Below, one piece after another: positions 9,520-19,544 of a stretch of 64,000 nt of DNA; position 1 is the first letter of the stretch; each line of letters starts with the position of its first letter. The notes under the pieces were generated by a model. The model did no database searches. It was not told the DNA's origin and saw only the letters and a list, made by a program, of their open reading frames with translations. The stretch comes from an uncultured Candidatus Saccharibacteria bacterium. GTDB taxonomy: Bacteria > Patescibacteriota > Minisyncoccia > Phycocordibacterales > UBA2100. The translations under genes were made by a program, and so were the position numbers. The stretch is from the NCBI GenBank assembly GCA_964471165.1, contig CAYYEX010000005.1, forward strand, positions 42,593-106,592, written 5' to 3'.

Positions 9520-10257
9520 ATGGATACCGAGCAAAACAAATTCAGTTTCGAGACAGAGCATTTTCAAGGGCCGCTTGAGGCGCTGCTCGACATGATTGAA
9601 GCGAGAAAACTTTCTATCTCGGAAGTCACACTTGCCGACGTGACAGATGGGTATTTGGCATACATCGAAAAACTTCCCGAGATGCCACTCGGCGAAACGG
9701 CACAGTTCATTCTTGTGGCCTCAACGTTGTTGCTCATAAAGTCCCGCACTCTTCTGCCAACACTGGCACTTTCTGAGGAGGAGCGTGAGTCAGTAGACGA
9801 ACTCGAGCGACGACTTGCGCGCTACGCTGTAGTGCGCAAAGCAGCTCGTGCACTGCGCAAGGAATGGGGTGTTGCTCCGTACAGATTTCCGAAACGTGCG
9901 CCGCTACGTGCTCCCATATTTAATCCAGCTGAGGCAAGCATCGAGGCGGCCTCGAGCGTCCTTCAGAGACTCATATCGCTCCTTCCAAAGGCAGAGGCAC
10001 TGGTTGAAGCGGCGGTAGCTCCCGTGCTGGCACTTGAAGATGTAATCATAAGTCTCAAATCACGCCTCTCTACCGCGTTCAAGGCGCGCTTTAGTGAACT
10101 TACGAAAACAAAGGACCGACACGAGGTGATTGTGTATTTTTTGGCAATGCTTGAGCTTGTGCGAAACGGCTCTGCGTCTGTAACACAAGAAAAGTTGTTT
10201 GACGATATCACTATCGAATCTGAAGCCCCAGAAGGAATCCCGCGCTACGGCGTATAA
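9520..10257 (+). CDS. scpA: Segregation and condensation protein A
   Basis: Kleisin N-terminal motif FETEHFQGPLEALLDMIEARKLSISEVTLADVTDGYLAYIEKL; 245 aa; followed by scpB. Confidence 0.85.
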   Translation: MDTEQNKFSFETEHFQGPLEALLDMIEARKLSISEVTLADVTDGYLAYIEKLPEMPLGETAQFILVASTLLLIKSRTLLPTLALSEEERESVDELERRLARYAVVRKAARALRKEWGVAPYRFPKRAPLRAPIFNPAEASIEAASSVLQRLISLLPKAEALVEAAVAPVLALEDVIISLKSRLSTAFKARFSELTKTKDRHEVIVYFLAMLELVRNGSASVTQEKLFDDITIESEAPEGIPRYGV

Positions 10258-10264
10258 TGCGGAT

Positions 10265-10852
10265 ATGTCGGATTTGTCACTTTCTGATCGAATAGAGGCT
10301 CTGCTCTTTACAGAGGGGGGTTCGCTCTCATACAAGAAACTTTTGCAGCTTCTCAGTTGCACAGAAGAGGAGTTAAAGGCTGGTATAGCAGAGCTCGAAC
10401 AAAAGCGTGCGTCGAGCGGTATTGCGCTTGTTAAAACTGATACCGAAGTCGCGCTTACCATTGCTCCAGCGGCCGCTGAAACTATTGAAAAGGCCTTTGA
10501 GCGAGAAGTGGGTCGCGAGATTGGAGACGCCGGCCTTGAGGTGGTAGCAATTATCTTGTACCGAGGCCCGTCGACGCGCTCTCAGATTGATTACATTCGG
10601 GGAGTGAATACCTCGTCGACCATACGTGCACTTGCCGCCCGTGGATTGCTCGAACGCATACCGAATCCGAATGACGCGCGTGAATACCTGTATCGACCAA
10701 CTACGGAGCTCATTGCGTACCTCGGAGTGACCGAGGCGACAAAACTGCCGGATTATGTTAAAATAACGAACGAATTAGCCGCTTTTGAGGCCCAACAAAA
10801 GAGCCCCTTTGATACAAATCATGCCGAATCAGGAGACCCTCAGCCGGAATGA
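10265..10852 (+). CDS. scpB: Segregation and condensation protein B
   Basis: Winged-helix ScpB motif IEALLFTEGGSLSYKKLLQLL. Start chosen at the ATG at 10265 (MSDLSLSD); the tracked ORF began at 10199, inside scpA. Confidence 0.8.
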   Translation: MSDLSLSDRIEALLFTEGGSLSYKKLLQLLSCTEEELKAGIAELEQKRASSGIALVKTDTEVALTIAPAAAETIEKAFEREVGREIGDAGLEVVAIILYRGPSTRSQIDYIRGVNTSSTIRALAARGLLERIPNPNDAREYLYRPTTELIAYLGVTEATKLPDYVKITNELAAFEAQQKSPFDTNHAESGDPQPE

Positions 10853-11789
10853 ACCTTCCGCACACACTATTACGCGTTACGGTTTAACGCTGCTCTGCCT
10901 CATTGCTGCAGCAGCTTTTTTTATAGTCTATGGCTACTTCGACAACATGCAGCCCCCCGTTGTCGCACAAGCGGCTGCGGTAGTGAAAGCTGACCCATTT
11001 GCGGGTATCCATATTGCCGCGGACGCCGCTGTCGTTATTGACTTAACGACCGGGGAAACACTCTACGAAAAAAATGCAGATACACAGCTTCCACTAGCCT
11101 CACTTACAAAAGTGCCACTCGTTGTGGTGGTCGCAGAGTCAATGCCGAAAGGCTCGATGGTAACGATACCAATAGACACTGCATGGAACAGCAACGCGCA
11201 GCAGCTCCATCAGGGTGATGTTTTGAAACTTCAGGATTTAATTGATTACACGCTTATCGCGAGCTCGAACGAAGGAGCAGAAATACTCGGTGCTGTTGCA
11301 GAAAAATCTGTAAGTGCACGCTATCCGCAAGCACCGCTTGGCGGCTCGACGCTGTGGAGAATGAACAATCTCGTTTCCGAGCTTGGACTCTCACACACAT
11401 ATTTTTTGAATCCAAGCGGCCTCGATGAGAGCCTTACTCAGTCCGGTGCATACGGCTCACCACGCGATGTTGCAAAAATCTTTGCATACGCTGCTCAGAA
11501 CTACCCAGACACCTTTACGGGAACAACCGAGAACGGTCGTTTAGTGTATTCCGAAGGCGGCGGTGTTGCGTCTGTCACAAACACAAATGAAGCGCTCGGT
11601 GATATTCCAGGACTCATCATGGGAAAGACCGGCTTTACCGATCTTGCGGGTGGGAATCTTGCCGTTGTGTTCGACGTTGGCCTTGCGCGACCCGTCGCTG
11701 CGGTTGTGTTGGGTTCAACGGAGCACGCTCGCTTCACTGATATGCGCATACTCGTGAATAAGGCGCGCGAAGCTGTGATGTCTCAATAA
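10785..11789 (+). CDS. D-alanyl-D-alanine carboxypeptidase (serine peptidase S11 / PBP5-like), membrane-anchored
   Basis: SxxK motif ASLTK, SxN motif ASSNEG, KTG motif GKTGFTD; N-terminal TM helix. The start is probably a downstream Met (e.g. 10821), still overlapping the end of scpB. Confidence 0.8.
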   Translation: MRPNKRAPLIQIMPNQETLSRNEPSAHTITRYGLTLLCLIAAAAFFIVYGYFDNMQPPVVAQAAAVVKADPFAGIHIAADAAVVIDLTTGETLYEKNADTQLPLASLTKVPLVVVVAESMPKGSMVTIPIDTAWNSNAQQLHQGDVLKLQDLIDYTLIASSNEGAEILGAVAEKSVSARYPQAPLGGSTLWRMNNLVSELGLSHTYFLNPSGLDESLTQSGAYGSPRDVAKIFAYAAQNYPDTFTGTTENGRLVYSEGGGVASVTNTNEALGDIPGLIMGKTGFTDLAGGNLAVVFDVGLARPVAAVVLGSTEHARFTDMRILVNKAREAVMSQ

Positions 11790-11793
11790 GACC

Positions 11794-12879
11794 ATGGACG
11801 CGTCACTCACAGACATGATTCGCATCCTTGTCCCGGCAACGGCGGCTTTTGCAATTGGCATGCTTTGCACACCGATTCTTACTCACTATTTGTACGCATT
11901 TAAAGCGTGGAAGAAGAAGTCAGGCAAACTTTCACTGGATGGAACGAAGGCTGAGGAGTTTAATCGGTTGCACGAAAAGCATGAAGTCCGTGCTCCGCGC
12001 ATGGGGGGCATTGTGATCTGGGGTAGCGTACTACTAACCGCGCTGAGTATTTGGCTTGTCGCGCACGTGGTTCCTGGCGCCGACGTTCTGCGTCTCGACT
12101 TTTTGAGCCGCAGTCAAACCTGGATTCCGCTTGCGGTGCTCGTTATCGGTTCGCTCGTTGGACTTATCGACGATTTGTTGATTATCAAACCTGAAGGCGA
12201 GGGAATGCCGTTGCGGTACCGTCTTCTCATAGTCGTGCTCCTCTCTGCATTCATCGGCTGGTGGTTTTGGGCGAAACTCGACATCACCGCAATCAATATT
12301 CCATTCACAGAACCCTTTACACTCGGGATACTCATTATTCCATTTTTTATTGCTATGTCGCTCGCACTCTACGCATCCGGCGTCATCGACGGCATCGACG
12401 GTCTTTCAGGTGGCGTTTTTGCGTCAATTTTTGCGTCCTACACTATTATCGCGTTTGCTCAGAATCAGATTAACCTCGCGGCATTTTCCGCTGCAATTAT
12501 GGGTGGCTTGTTGGCGTTTCTCTGGTATAACATTCCGCCTGCACGGTTTTACATGTCGGACACCGGCACGATGGGGCTCACGCTTACCATCGGCACACTC
12601 GCGTTCATGACCGACAACCTTGGTGGCGGGGTTGGTATTTCTGTATTGCCCATTATTGGAATGCTTCTGGTGCTCACGGTGATGTCGGATATTTTGCAGG
12701 TGCTCTCCAAGCGTTTCTTGGGTAAAAAGCTATTCCGTGTTGCCCCTCTCCATCATCATTTCGAAGCAATTGGTTGGCCAGGATACAAAGTGGTTATGCG
12801 CTACTGGGTACTCTCGGTCGTGTTTGCGGTAATGGGTGTAATTATCGCCCTTGCTGCCATTTCAGTCACCGGAGCGTAG
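11794..12879 (+). CDS. mraY: Phospho-N-acetylmuramoyl-pentapeptide transferase
   Basis: 10-TM protein; motifs GIDGLSGG and LHHHFEAIGWP are diagnostic of MraY. Confidence 0.9.
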   Translation: MDASLTDMIRILVPATAAFAIGMLCTPILTHYLYAFKAWKKKSGKLSLDGTKAEEFNRLHEKHEVRAPRMGGIVIWGSVLLTALSIWLVAHVVPGADVLRLDFLSRSQTWIPLAVLVIGSLVGLIDDLLIIKPEGEGMPLRYRLLIVVLLSAFIGWWFWAKLDITAINIPFTEPFTLGILIIPFFIAMSLALYASGVIDGIDGLSGGVFASIFASYTIIAFAQNQINLAAFSAAIMGGLLAFLWYNIPPARFYMSDTGTMGLTLTIGTLAFMTDNLGGGVGISVLPIIGMLLVLTVMSDILQVLSKRFLGKKLFRVAPLHHHFEAIGWPGYKVVMRYWVLSVVFAVMGVIIALAAISVTGA

Positions 12880-12928
12880 TTGTTCGATCTACGCAGGAAT
12901 TCAGTCCGCCGAGGCTCGGCCAAGTAGG

Positions 12929-12959
12929 TCACGCCCGGCTAAGCTTAGCCGAGGCGTGA
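12929..12959. promoter_or_regulatory. Imperfect 31-bp palindrome centred on AAGCTT, abutting the -10 box of the leaderless ftsW promoter
   Basis: TCACGCC-CGGCTAAGCTTAGCCG-A-GGCGTGA; 3 nt upstream of TACAAT (12963-68); 50 nt downstream of the mraY stop. Confidence 0.5.
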
Positions 12960-12977
12960 GTGTTACAATTTGTATCC

Positions 12978-14084
12978 ATGTCGCGAAATTCGAGCCATAT
13001 CGACCGGCCGCTCATCATAATTCTAGCCTCGCTCATTTTTGGGGGCTCTCTTATTTTTGCTTCCGCCGCTTTCGGTCTCCTTGCTCGTGGAGCAACGCAC
13101 ACATCTTCAGTTGTGTTCAATCATTTGGTGCTTGGCGTCGGACTCGGCCTCGTTGCCTTGGTAGTTTGCACAGTAATAGACTTGCGATTATGGCGACGGT
13201 TCGCTCCGTACGTATTCGGACTATCGCTGCTTGCGACGGCCGCGGTGTTTATTCCTGGCATTGGCGCTGAGCATGGCGGTGGCACACGCTGGATAATTCT
13301 TTTTGGCACTTCGTTTCAACCATCTGAGCTACTTAAAATTGCCACCGTTATTATGGCGGCTGCATACTTTGCGGCTATTCGATTCAAAGTGTCCACTATT
13401 CAGTACGGCCTCGGTGGATTTCTCGCAATTATTGCGCTGCCGACAATACTGCTCTTGCTGCAGCCAGACATGGGCACGCTCGGCATCATTATTATGGGTG
13501 CTTTTGCCGTGTATGTTGCAGCGGGAGCGTCGTGGCGCGACATAGCGCTCGTAATTCTGATTGGCCTGCTCAGTCTTTCGGTCCTCGCGATTGCACGCCC
13601 CTACGTGCGAGACCGAGTGATGACATTTTTTAATCCAGCTGTCGGTCAACACGACCAGGCGTATCAAATCAAGCAATCACTCATTGCGGTTGGCTCTGGC
13701 GGTCTTCGTGGACGTGGCTTTGGACAGGGAATCCAAAAGTTTACCTACCTGCCCGAACCGATGGGTGACTCAATATTCGCAGTCGCGGCCGAGGAACTCG
13801 GATTCATAGGCTCCGTTGTAATAGTGGTTTTGTTTGTTTCGTTTGCACTTCGCGGACTGATTGTTTCGGCACGTGCAATTGACCCGTTTGTTGCATATCT
13901 TGGTATTGGCACTGCCACGTATCTTTCCGCAGAGGCATTTATAAATATGGCATCAATGCTCGGATTGGCACCGCTCACCGGTGTACCCCTCACGTTTATA
14001 AGTCAGGGAGGCTCCGCGATGCTGGTGTCTCTCGCAAGCGCCGGCATTTTGCTCGCCGTTTCAAGACAGCGGGGAAGAGTGTAG
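12978..14084 (+). CDS. ftsW: SEDS-family peptidoglycan glycosyltransferase (FtsW/RodA)
   Basis: Polytopic membrane protein with SEDS motifs (QPSELLKIA, GFIGSVV). Start set to the ATG at 12978, 9 nt after a TACAAT box (leaderless); the tracked ORF start at 12960 is a GTG. Confidence 0.85.
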   Translation: MSRNSSHIDRPLIIILASLIFGGSLIFASAAFGLLARGATHTSSVVFNHLVLGVGLGLVALVVCTVIDLRLWRRFAPYVFGLSLLATAAVFIPGIGAEHGGGTRWIILFGTSFQPSELLKIATVIMAAAYFAAIRFKVSTIQYGLGGFLAIIALPTILLLLQPDMGTLGIIIMGAFAVYVAAGASWRDIALVILIGLLSLSVLAIARPYVRDRVMTFFNPAVGQHDQAYQIKQSLIAVGSGGLRGRGFGQGIQKFTYLPEPMGDSIFAVAAEELGFIGSVVIVVLFVSFALRGLIVSARAIDPFVAYLGIGTATYLSAEAFINMASMLGLAPLTGVPLTFISQGGSAMLVSLASAGILLAVSRQRGRV

Positions 14085-14101
14085 AAATTTTGTATGAAAT
14101 C

Positions 14102-14135
14102 AGGCCCGCCGCGAACATCGCGGCGGGCCTTCTGT
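14102..14135. terminator. Bidirectional intrinsic terminator between convergent ftsW and purB
   Basis: Perfect 12-bp stem AGGCCCGCCGCG / CGCGGCGGGCCT with loop AACAT. Confidence 0.7.
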
Positions 14136-14164
14136 GCAAGAACAGAGCTCAAAAGCAAATTGTC

Positions 14165-15652
14165 TCAGTCGGCGACCGCGAGAACCTTTTCGGTGAGCTC
14201 CGGGGCAATGCCGATGTAGGACTGCGGCGTAAGCCGTTTGAGCCAGTCCTTCGTCGTTCTGTCCACAAGCTCCGGGTTCAACCCCTCGATGAAGATGTCG
14301 ATTTCTTCGAGCGTGATTTTCTTTCCGCGCGCAAGCTGTTTGAGCGCATCGTACGCGTTCGGATAGTTGATGCGCCGCAGGATCGTCTGGATCGCTTCCG
14401 TGAGAACCTCGGGATGATCGATGAGTTCCTGGCGGATATGTTCCTCGTTGGCATAGATTTTTTCCATGCCCTTGACGATACTCTTGAACGCAACGATGCA
14501 GTGAGCGAACGACATACCGAACGCGCGTTCAACGGTGGAATCCGACAAATCACGTTGCCGCCGAGAGATGGGAAGTTTTCTGCAGAAGAACTCCATGATT
14601 GCATAGGCAATTCCCAAATTGCCCTCGGCATTTTCGAAGTCGATCGGATTTACCTTGTGCGGCATAATCGACGAACCGGCTTCGCCCTCCTTCGGGCGCT
14701 GTACGATTGTTTCGCCGCTGATGTAGGACCACACATCCTGACTGAATCCGATCAGGATGGTCAGGATTCGCTTGATGATGTCGAACAACTCGGCGTAGGT
14801 GTCGTGCGATTCGATCTGTGTCGAAATCTCTGTCTGTTCGAATCGGTAACTCGCGCGCTTGCCGAGCCGAGCGATAAACCTTGACGAAAACGCCTGCCAA
14901 TCAACTTCTGGACATGCCGCGTACATGGCATTCATGTTGCCGCTTGCCGAATTGAGTTTGACGGAAAGACGGAAGTTCTTGAGCTTGCCGATTTGACGAC
15001 GAAGACGCGATACGAAAACCGCGAATTCCTTGCCGAGCGTGGTGGGCGTCGCTGCCTGCCCATGTGTCTCGGCAAGCATCGCAACGTATTTGTTCACGCC
15101 TGCAAACGTCTTCAGCGCACTCATGATTTTATCGAGTTCCGGCACCATTGTTTCGGTAACCATGTCTCGCAGCATCAGGCCGTACGCCATGTTGTTGACG
15201 TCTTCCGACGTGCAGCCGAAATGAATCCACTCGAGGCAGTCCTTGAGTGTTGTTTTTCCGAGCTTGTACCGTAGCCACAACTCGATGGCCTTTACGTCGT
15301 GGTTGGTCCGCATGAACGGACCCCAGTTGGACATCTCGATTGCCTTGATTTCTTGGGCATCTGCCAAACTGAAGTTCGCGACAATCTTGCGCAGACGACG
15401 GCGTTCGGTGCGCGTGAATGCGCGCAGCGGCGTGTCCTCGTCATCCGAAAGCGCAATGAAAATCTCGACCATCACCGTCAGACGGTACAGGATGAGACCG
15501 AATTCACTGGCAATGCCGCGAAGCTTTTCGGTCTTTTCCGCATAACGCCCGTCAATCGGGGAAATGCAGAGCAGCGCTTGTGAAGATACAGATGCATAGA
15601 GGTCGCGCATGATGATGCTCCCGTTTGTGACCCAGTTGGAACCTGTAAACAT
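14165..15652 (-). CDS. purB: Adenylosuccinate lyase
   Basis: Fumarate-lyase signature GSSIMPHKVNPIDFENAEGN; 495 aa. Confidence 0.9.
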   Translation of the reverse strand: MFTGSNWVTNGSIIMRDLYASVSSQALLCISPIDGRYAEKTEKLRGIASEFGLILYRLTVMVEIFIALSDDEDTPLRAFTRTERRRLRKIVANFSLADAQEIKAIEMSNWGPFMRTNHDVKAIELWLRYKLGKTTLKDCLEWIHFGCTSEDVNNMAYGLMLRDMVTETMVPELDKIMSALKTFAGVNKYVAMLAETHGQAATPTTLGKEFAVFVSRLRRQIGKLKNFRLSVKLNSASGNMNAMYAACPEVDWQAFSSRFIARLGKRASYRFEQTEISTQIESHDTYAELFDIIKRILTILIGFSQDVWSYISGETIVQRPKEGEAGSSIMPHKVNPIDFENAEGNLGIAYAIMEFFCRKLPISRRQRDLSDSTVERAFGMSFAHCIVAFKSIVKGMEKIYANEEHIRQELIDHPEVLTEAIQTILRRINYPNAYDALKQLARGKKITLEEIDIFIEGLNPELVDRTTKDWLKRLTPQSYIGIAPELTEKVLAVAD

Positions 15653-15749
15653 TTATTGCCAGCCCGAACTATGCCCTAGGGGCTAAACGCTGTCTATGAA
15701 GCTGTTTTAGGCCTCACAGAGCCATAAAACGTGGTAAAATCTGGCCAAT

Positions 15750-16892
15750 ATGCGCATTGTTTTGGTCGGCGGAGGCTCCGGCGGGCACTTCTACCCGCTG
15801 ATTGCTATTTCCGAGGGAATTGAGGCAATTTGCAAAGAACGAACACTCTTGGAACCAGAGCTTTTCTACCTAGGGCCCGAACCATTCGACGCAAACGCAC
15901 TTATGGAGCGTGACATCATTCACGTGCCGTCACCAGCAGGGAAAGTGCGGCGCTATGCGAGCGTGCTGAATATCTTTGGATTCGTCAGTACCTTTTTTGG
16001 TGTCATCAAATCGATTTTTCTTTTGTACAAACTGTATCCAGACGTTGTTTTCTCAACTGGCGGATACGCGGCATTTCCAACACTCTATGCGGCACGGATA
16101 CTTGCGATACCGATTGTGATTTACGATGCGGATGCTACACCGGGGCGCGTGACCCTGTGGTCTGCAAAGTTTGCCAAGTGGATTGGTACCGCACACCCAG
16201 AAGCCGCATCGCAGTTTCCAGAGAAGCTCCGCGGCAAGATTGCACGTGTGGGCCATCCAATACGCGCCGCAATTGAGCACCCCGCAAAAGAGGGGGGATA
16301 CGAGTTTTTGAAGCTTGATGCGTCGGTCCCGGCAGTGTTCGTTGTGGGCGGCTCTCTGGGTGCACAGGCGATAAACAACGTGGTGCTCGATTCTGTGAAA
16401 GATTTGGTGACACGCTACAACGTGATTCATCAAGCAGGGATGGCAAACGTGAAAGAAGTTTCATCTGTCGCAAACCTCGTACTCAAAGATTCTCCGAATC
16501 AGGCACGCTACCGTGCATTTGGACTGTTAAACACGCTGGCAATACGGATGGCCGCGGGAATATCTACGGTAATAGTGTCGCGCGCAGGCAGCGGCACCAT
16601 TTTTGAAATCGCATCGTGGGGTATCCCCGCAATTCTGGTTCCGATTCCGGAAGACGTTTCGCACGACCAAGTTGAAAACGCTTTTTCTTATGCACGCTCG
16701 GGTGCAGCCGTTGTTATCGAGCAGCGCAATCTCACACAGCACGTACTCACTGCAGAGATTGACCGCCTTATGAACGATTCTGAGCTTCGCACTCAAATGT
16801 CGGAGGCGGCGCGAGAGTATTCACGACCCGAGGCAGCAAAAAAGATTGCAAACATACTTATAGAAACCGCACTTGAACATGAACCCCTATGA
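15750..16892 (+). CDS. murG: UDP-GlcNAc:undecaprenyl-PP-MurNAc-pentapeptide GlcNAc transferase
   Basis: N-terminal MRIVLVGGGSGGHFYPLIAI glycine-rich motif; GT28 C-terminal domain; a TAAAAT box sits 10 nt upstream of the ATG. Confidence 0.9.
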   Translation: MRIVLVGGGSGGHFYPLIAISEGIEAICKERTLLEPELFYLGPEPFDANALMERDIIHVPSPAGKVRRYASVLNIFGFVSTFFGVIKSIFLLYKLYPDVVFSTGGYAAFPTLYAARILAIPIVIYDADATPGRVTLWSAKFAKWIGTAHPEAASQFPEKLRGKIARVGHPIRAAIEHPAKEGGYEFLKLDASVPAVFVVGGSLGAQAINNVVLDSVKDLVTRYNVIHQAGMANVKEVSSVANLVLKDSPNQARYRAFGLLNTLAIRMAAGISTVIVSRAGSGTIFEIASWGIPAILVPIPEDVSHDQVENAFSYARSGAAVVIEQRNLTQHVLTAEIDRLMNDSELRTQMSEAAREYSRPEAAKKIANILIETALEHEPL

Positions 16893-18259
16893 GTAATATT
16901 GCGAGTGATTCTGGGAGCAACGTCCGCGTCAGATTTCCTCCGAGCCCAACGGGCTTCTGTCACGTGGGTACTGCGCGCATGGCAATCATTAACTTTCTTT
17001 TTGCACGCAAGCACGGCGGAACAATTGTATTTCGCAGTGAAGACACCGACCGCGCGCGAAGCAAAATTGAGTTTGAAGACGACATCAAGGAGCAGCTCAC
17101 GTGGCTTGGATTGGGATGGGACGATTTTGAACGACAGTCTGAGCGCGCAGGCATTCACACAGAGGCTCTGAAAAAGTTGATTGCCGAGGATAAGGCGTAT
17201 GTTTCCGAAGAGCCGAGCAAGAACGACCCTGCGGTAAACGTGCGGGTTGTGCGCTTGCGTAACCCCGGGACCGTAATCACATTCACCGATATTATCCGCG
17301 GCGATATCACATTTGATACAACTGAGCTCAAGGATTTTGCGATAGCGCGCAGCGAAACAGACCCGCTGTATCACTTCGCAGTTGTGATGGACGACCACGA
17401 TATGGGAATCACGCACGTGATTCGCGGCGAGGACCACATTTCTAACACACCCCGTCAGATATTGATTCAAGAGGCACTCGGATTTCCTCGCCCACAGTAC
17501 GCACACTATCCATTGCACTTGGGGGCCGACAAATCGAAACTATCGAAGCGAACCGGCGACGTTGCGGTAAAAAGTTATCGTGAAAAGGGATTCCTCTCTG
17601 AGGCACTGCTCAACTACATTGCGATTCTTGGCTGGACTCCTCCCAGCGAGCGCGAAATAATCGGACTCGAAGAAATGATTGCCGAGTTCGATTTAAAGCA
17701 CCTACACAAGAGCGGCGCCGTGTTTGATTTAGAGAAACTTCGCTGGTACAACCGACAGTATTTGCTTGCCATGGCAGAGAGTGAATTCAAGGCCGGCGCA
17801 CTCGATGCACTTAAAACCGCGCTCGTAGCGCGAAACATACCGTGGGACGATGCCGTAGGCGAGAAACTACTCCCACTTTTGAGGGAAAGAACTGCTGTAT
17901 GGGAGGACATCCGTGAACAAGTAGCTGAAGGGGAGTATGACTACTTCTTTGTAGACCCATCACTCGAACCAGAACTCATACCCCAGAAAGGGGAAGTGGC
18001 ATCAATTGCATCAAAACATCTCGCGCATGCACATGAGGCGCTTTCTGCGGCGTCCGCTGAAAGTTTCGAGGATGCCACACGTCTAAAAGACATTATGTGG
18101 GATTACGCTTCCGCTGAAGGGCGCGGTTCGGTGCTATGGCCGCTGCGTTTTTCACTTTCTGGGCGCGCAAAGTCTCCTGACCCGTTTACCATTGCGGCTC
18201 TCATTGGAAAAGATGCAACATTACGCCGCATAGAGAGCGCTCGCTCCAAACTCGTATGA
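16889..18259 (+). CDS. gltX: Glutamyl-tRNA synthetase
   Basis: HIGH-type PTGFCHVGTAR, KMSKS-type KLSKR; 456 aa; 4-nt ATGA overlap with murG. Confidence 0.9.
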   Translation: MSNIASDSGSNVRVRFPPSPTGFCHVGTARMAIINFLFARKHGGTIVFRSEDTDRARSKIEFEDDIKEQLTWLGLGWDDFERQSERAGIHTEALKKLIAEDKAYVSEEPSKNDPAVNVRVVRLRNPGTVITFTDIIRGDITFDTTELKDFAIARSETDPLYHFAVVMDDHDMGITHVIRGEDHISNTPRQILIQEALGFPRPQYAHYPLHLGADKSKLSKRTGDVAVKSYREKGFLSEALLNYIAILGWTPPSEREIIGLEEMIAEFDLKHLHKSGAVFDLEKLRWYNRQYLLAMAESEFKAGALDALKTALVARNIPWDDAVGEKLLPLLRERTAVWEDIREQVAEGEYDYFFVDPSLEPELIPQKGEVASIASKHLAHAHEALSAASAESFEDATRLKDIMWDYASAEGRGSVLWPLRFSLSGRAKSPDPFTIAALIGKDATLRRIESARSKLV

Positions 18260-19533
18260 AGGTGGCTCGCGCGGTAGCCATAATCGCCATTGCGAGCCTT
18301 TTGCCATTCGTGGTTTCTGCACAATCAGCAGACGAGCTTCAGAAGCAAATTGATGACCAGAATGCGCAAATTACACTCCTGAACAAGGAAATCGACCAAT
18401 ACACAAAGCAGCTCACCGACACAACAAAGCAAAAAAACACACTTCAGAATAAAGTGTCGCAGCTCGATTTGCAGCGAAAGAAACTTACCTCGCAAATATC
18501 TGTCACTCAGAAACAAATCAACAATACGCAACTTCAGATTCAGCAGCTCGCTGCGGGTATCGAAACGCGACAAGGCTCTATCGACGTAAACAAGGCGGGG
18601 CTTGCAGAGTCAATCCGCAGACTCTCCCAGGCAGAGAAGAAGACCCTCGCAATTTCCGTGCTATCGGCAGATTCTATGACTGATGCCTGGAAGGATGTTG
18701 ACGCGCACGTTGTTCTTGAGGAAGCAGTTCAAAAAGACATTGCGCACCTGGCAAGCGAGAAGCAGCAACTCAACACTTCGAAGGAAACTGCGGAGGACAA
18801 AAAAAAGCAGCTCGATGCACAGAAACGCACCCTTACCACCCAGCAGGGCTCGCTCGATGCTACACGCCGGGCACAGGCAGAACTCCTCGCCGAAACGAAG
18901 TCGACGGAGGCAAACTATCAAGCGCTCATCGCAAAAAAACGCGCACAAGAAGCGGCGTTTGAAGCATCATTGCAAGACTTGCAGGCTAAACTGCAGTACA
19001 CGATTAATCCCGACCAGATTACACCTGCCGGAAAAGGTGTGCTTCGATGGCCACTCGACCAAGTGCGCGTAACGCAAACGTTTGGCGACACGGCATTTGC
19101 TCGCGGCGGTGCATACAACGGCAAAGGTCATAACGGTATCGACCTTGCGGCTTCAATCGGTTCACCGCTCAAAGCAGCGCTCACTGGAACAGTCGTTGGA
19201 ACCGGCAATACTGATACCGTGCGGGGATGTTACTCGTTTGGTAAATGGGTCATGATTAAACACGGCAATGGTTTGAGCACGATGTATGCGCACATGTCGC
19301 AAATCGGAGTGTCTACCGGGCAATCAGTCGGTACAGGCCAAGTAATCGGCTACTCGGGAGAGACCGGCTACGCAACCGGGCCGCACCTGCACTTTGGCGT
19401 CTATGTTTCCTCTGCAACGCAGATTGTGAGCTTGGGCAGTGTCACCAAGTCGAAAACGGCGTGCTCAAACGCAATCATGCCTGTAGTACCGGTTTCAGGT
19501 TACTTGAACCCGATGTCGTACCTGCCGGGCTGA
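18256..19533 (+). CDS. M23 family metallopeptidase with N-terminal coiled coil (EnvC-like murein hydrolase/activator)
   Basis: Signal peptide; long Q/K-rich coiled coil; LytM motifs HNGIDLAA and HLHFGVY. Confidence 0.85.
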   Translation: MKVARAVAIIAIASLLPFVVSAQSADELQKQIDDQNAQITLLNKEIDQYTKQLTDTTKQKNTLQNKVSQLDLQRKKLTSQISVTQKQINNTQLQIQQLAAGIETRQGSIDVNKAGLAESIRRLSQAEKKTLAISVLSADSMTDAWKDVDAHVVLEEAVQKDIAHLASEKQQLNTSKETAEDKKKQLDAQKRTLTTQQGSLDATRRAQAELLAETKSTEANYQALIAKKRAQEAAFEASLQDLQAKLQYTINPDQITPAGKGVLRWPLDQVRVTQTFGDTAFARGGAYNGKGHNGIDLAASIGSPLKAALTGTVVGTGNTDTVRGCYSFGKWVMIKHGNGLSTMYAHMSQIGVSTGQSVGTGQVIGYSGETGYATGPHLHFGVYVSSATQIVSLGSVTKSKTACSNAIMPVVPVSGYLNPMSYLPG

Positions 19534-19544
19534 TATACACGAAG

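Noticed and set aside
14090-14884. 264-aa plus-strand ORF
   Set aside because: Lies entirely antisense within purB, which has an unmistakable fumarate-lyase signature; a shadow ORF in GC-rich coding sequence.
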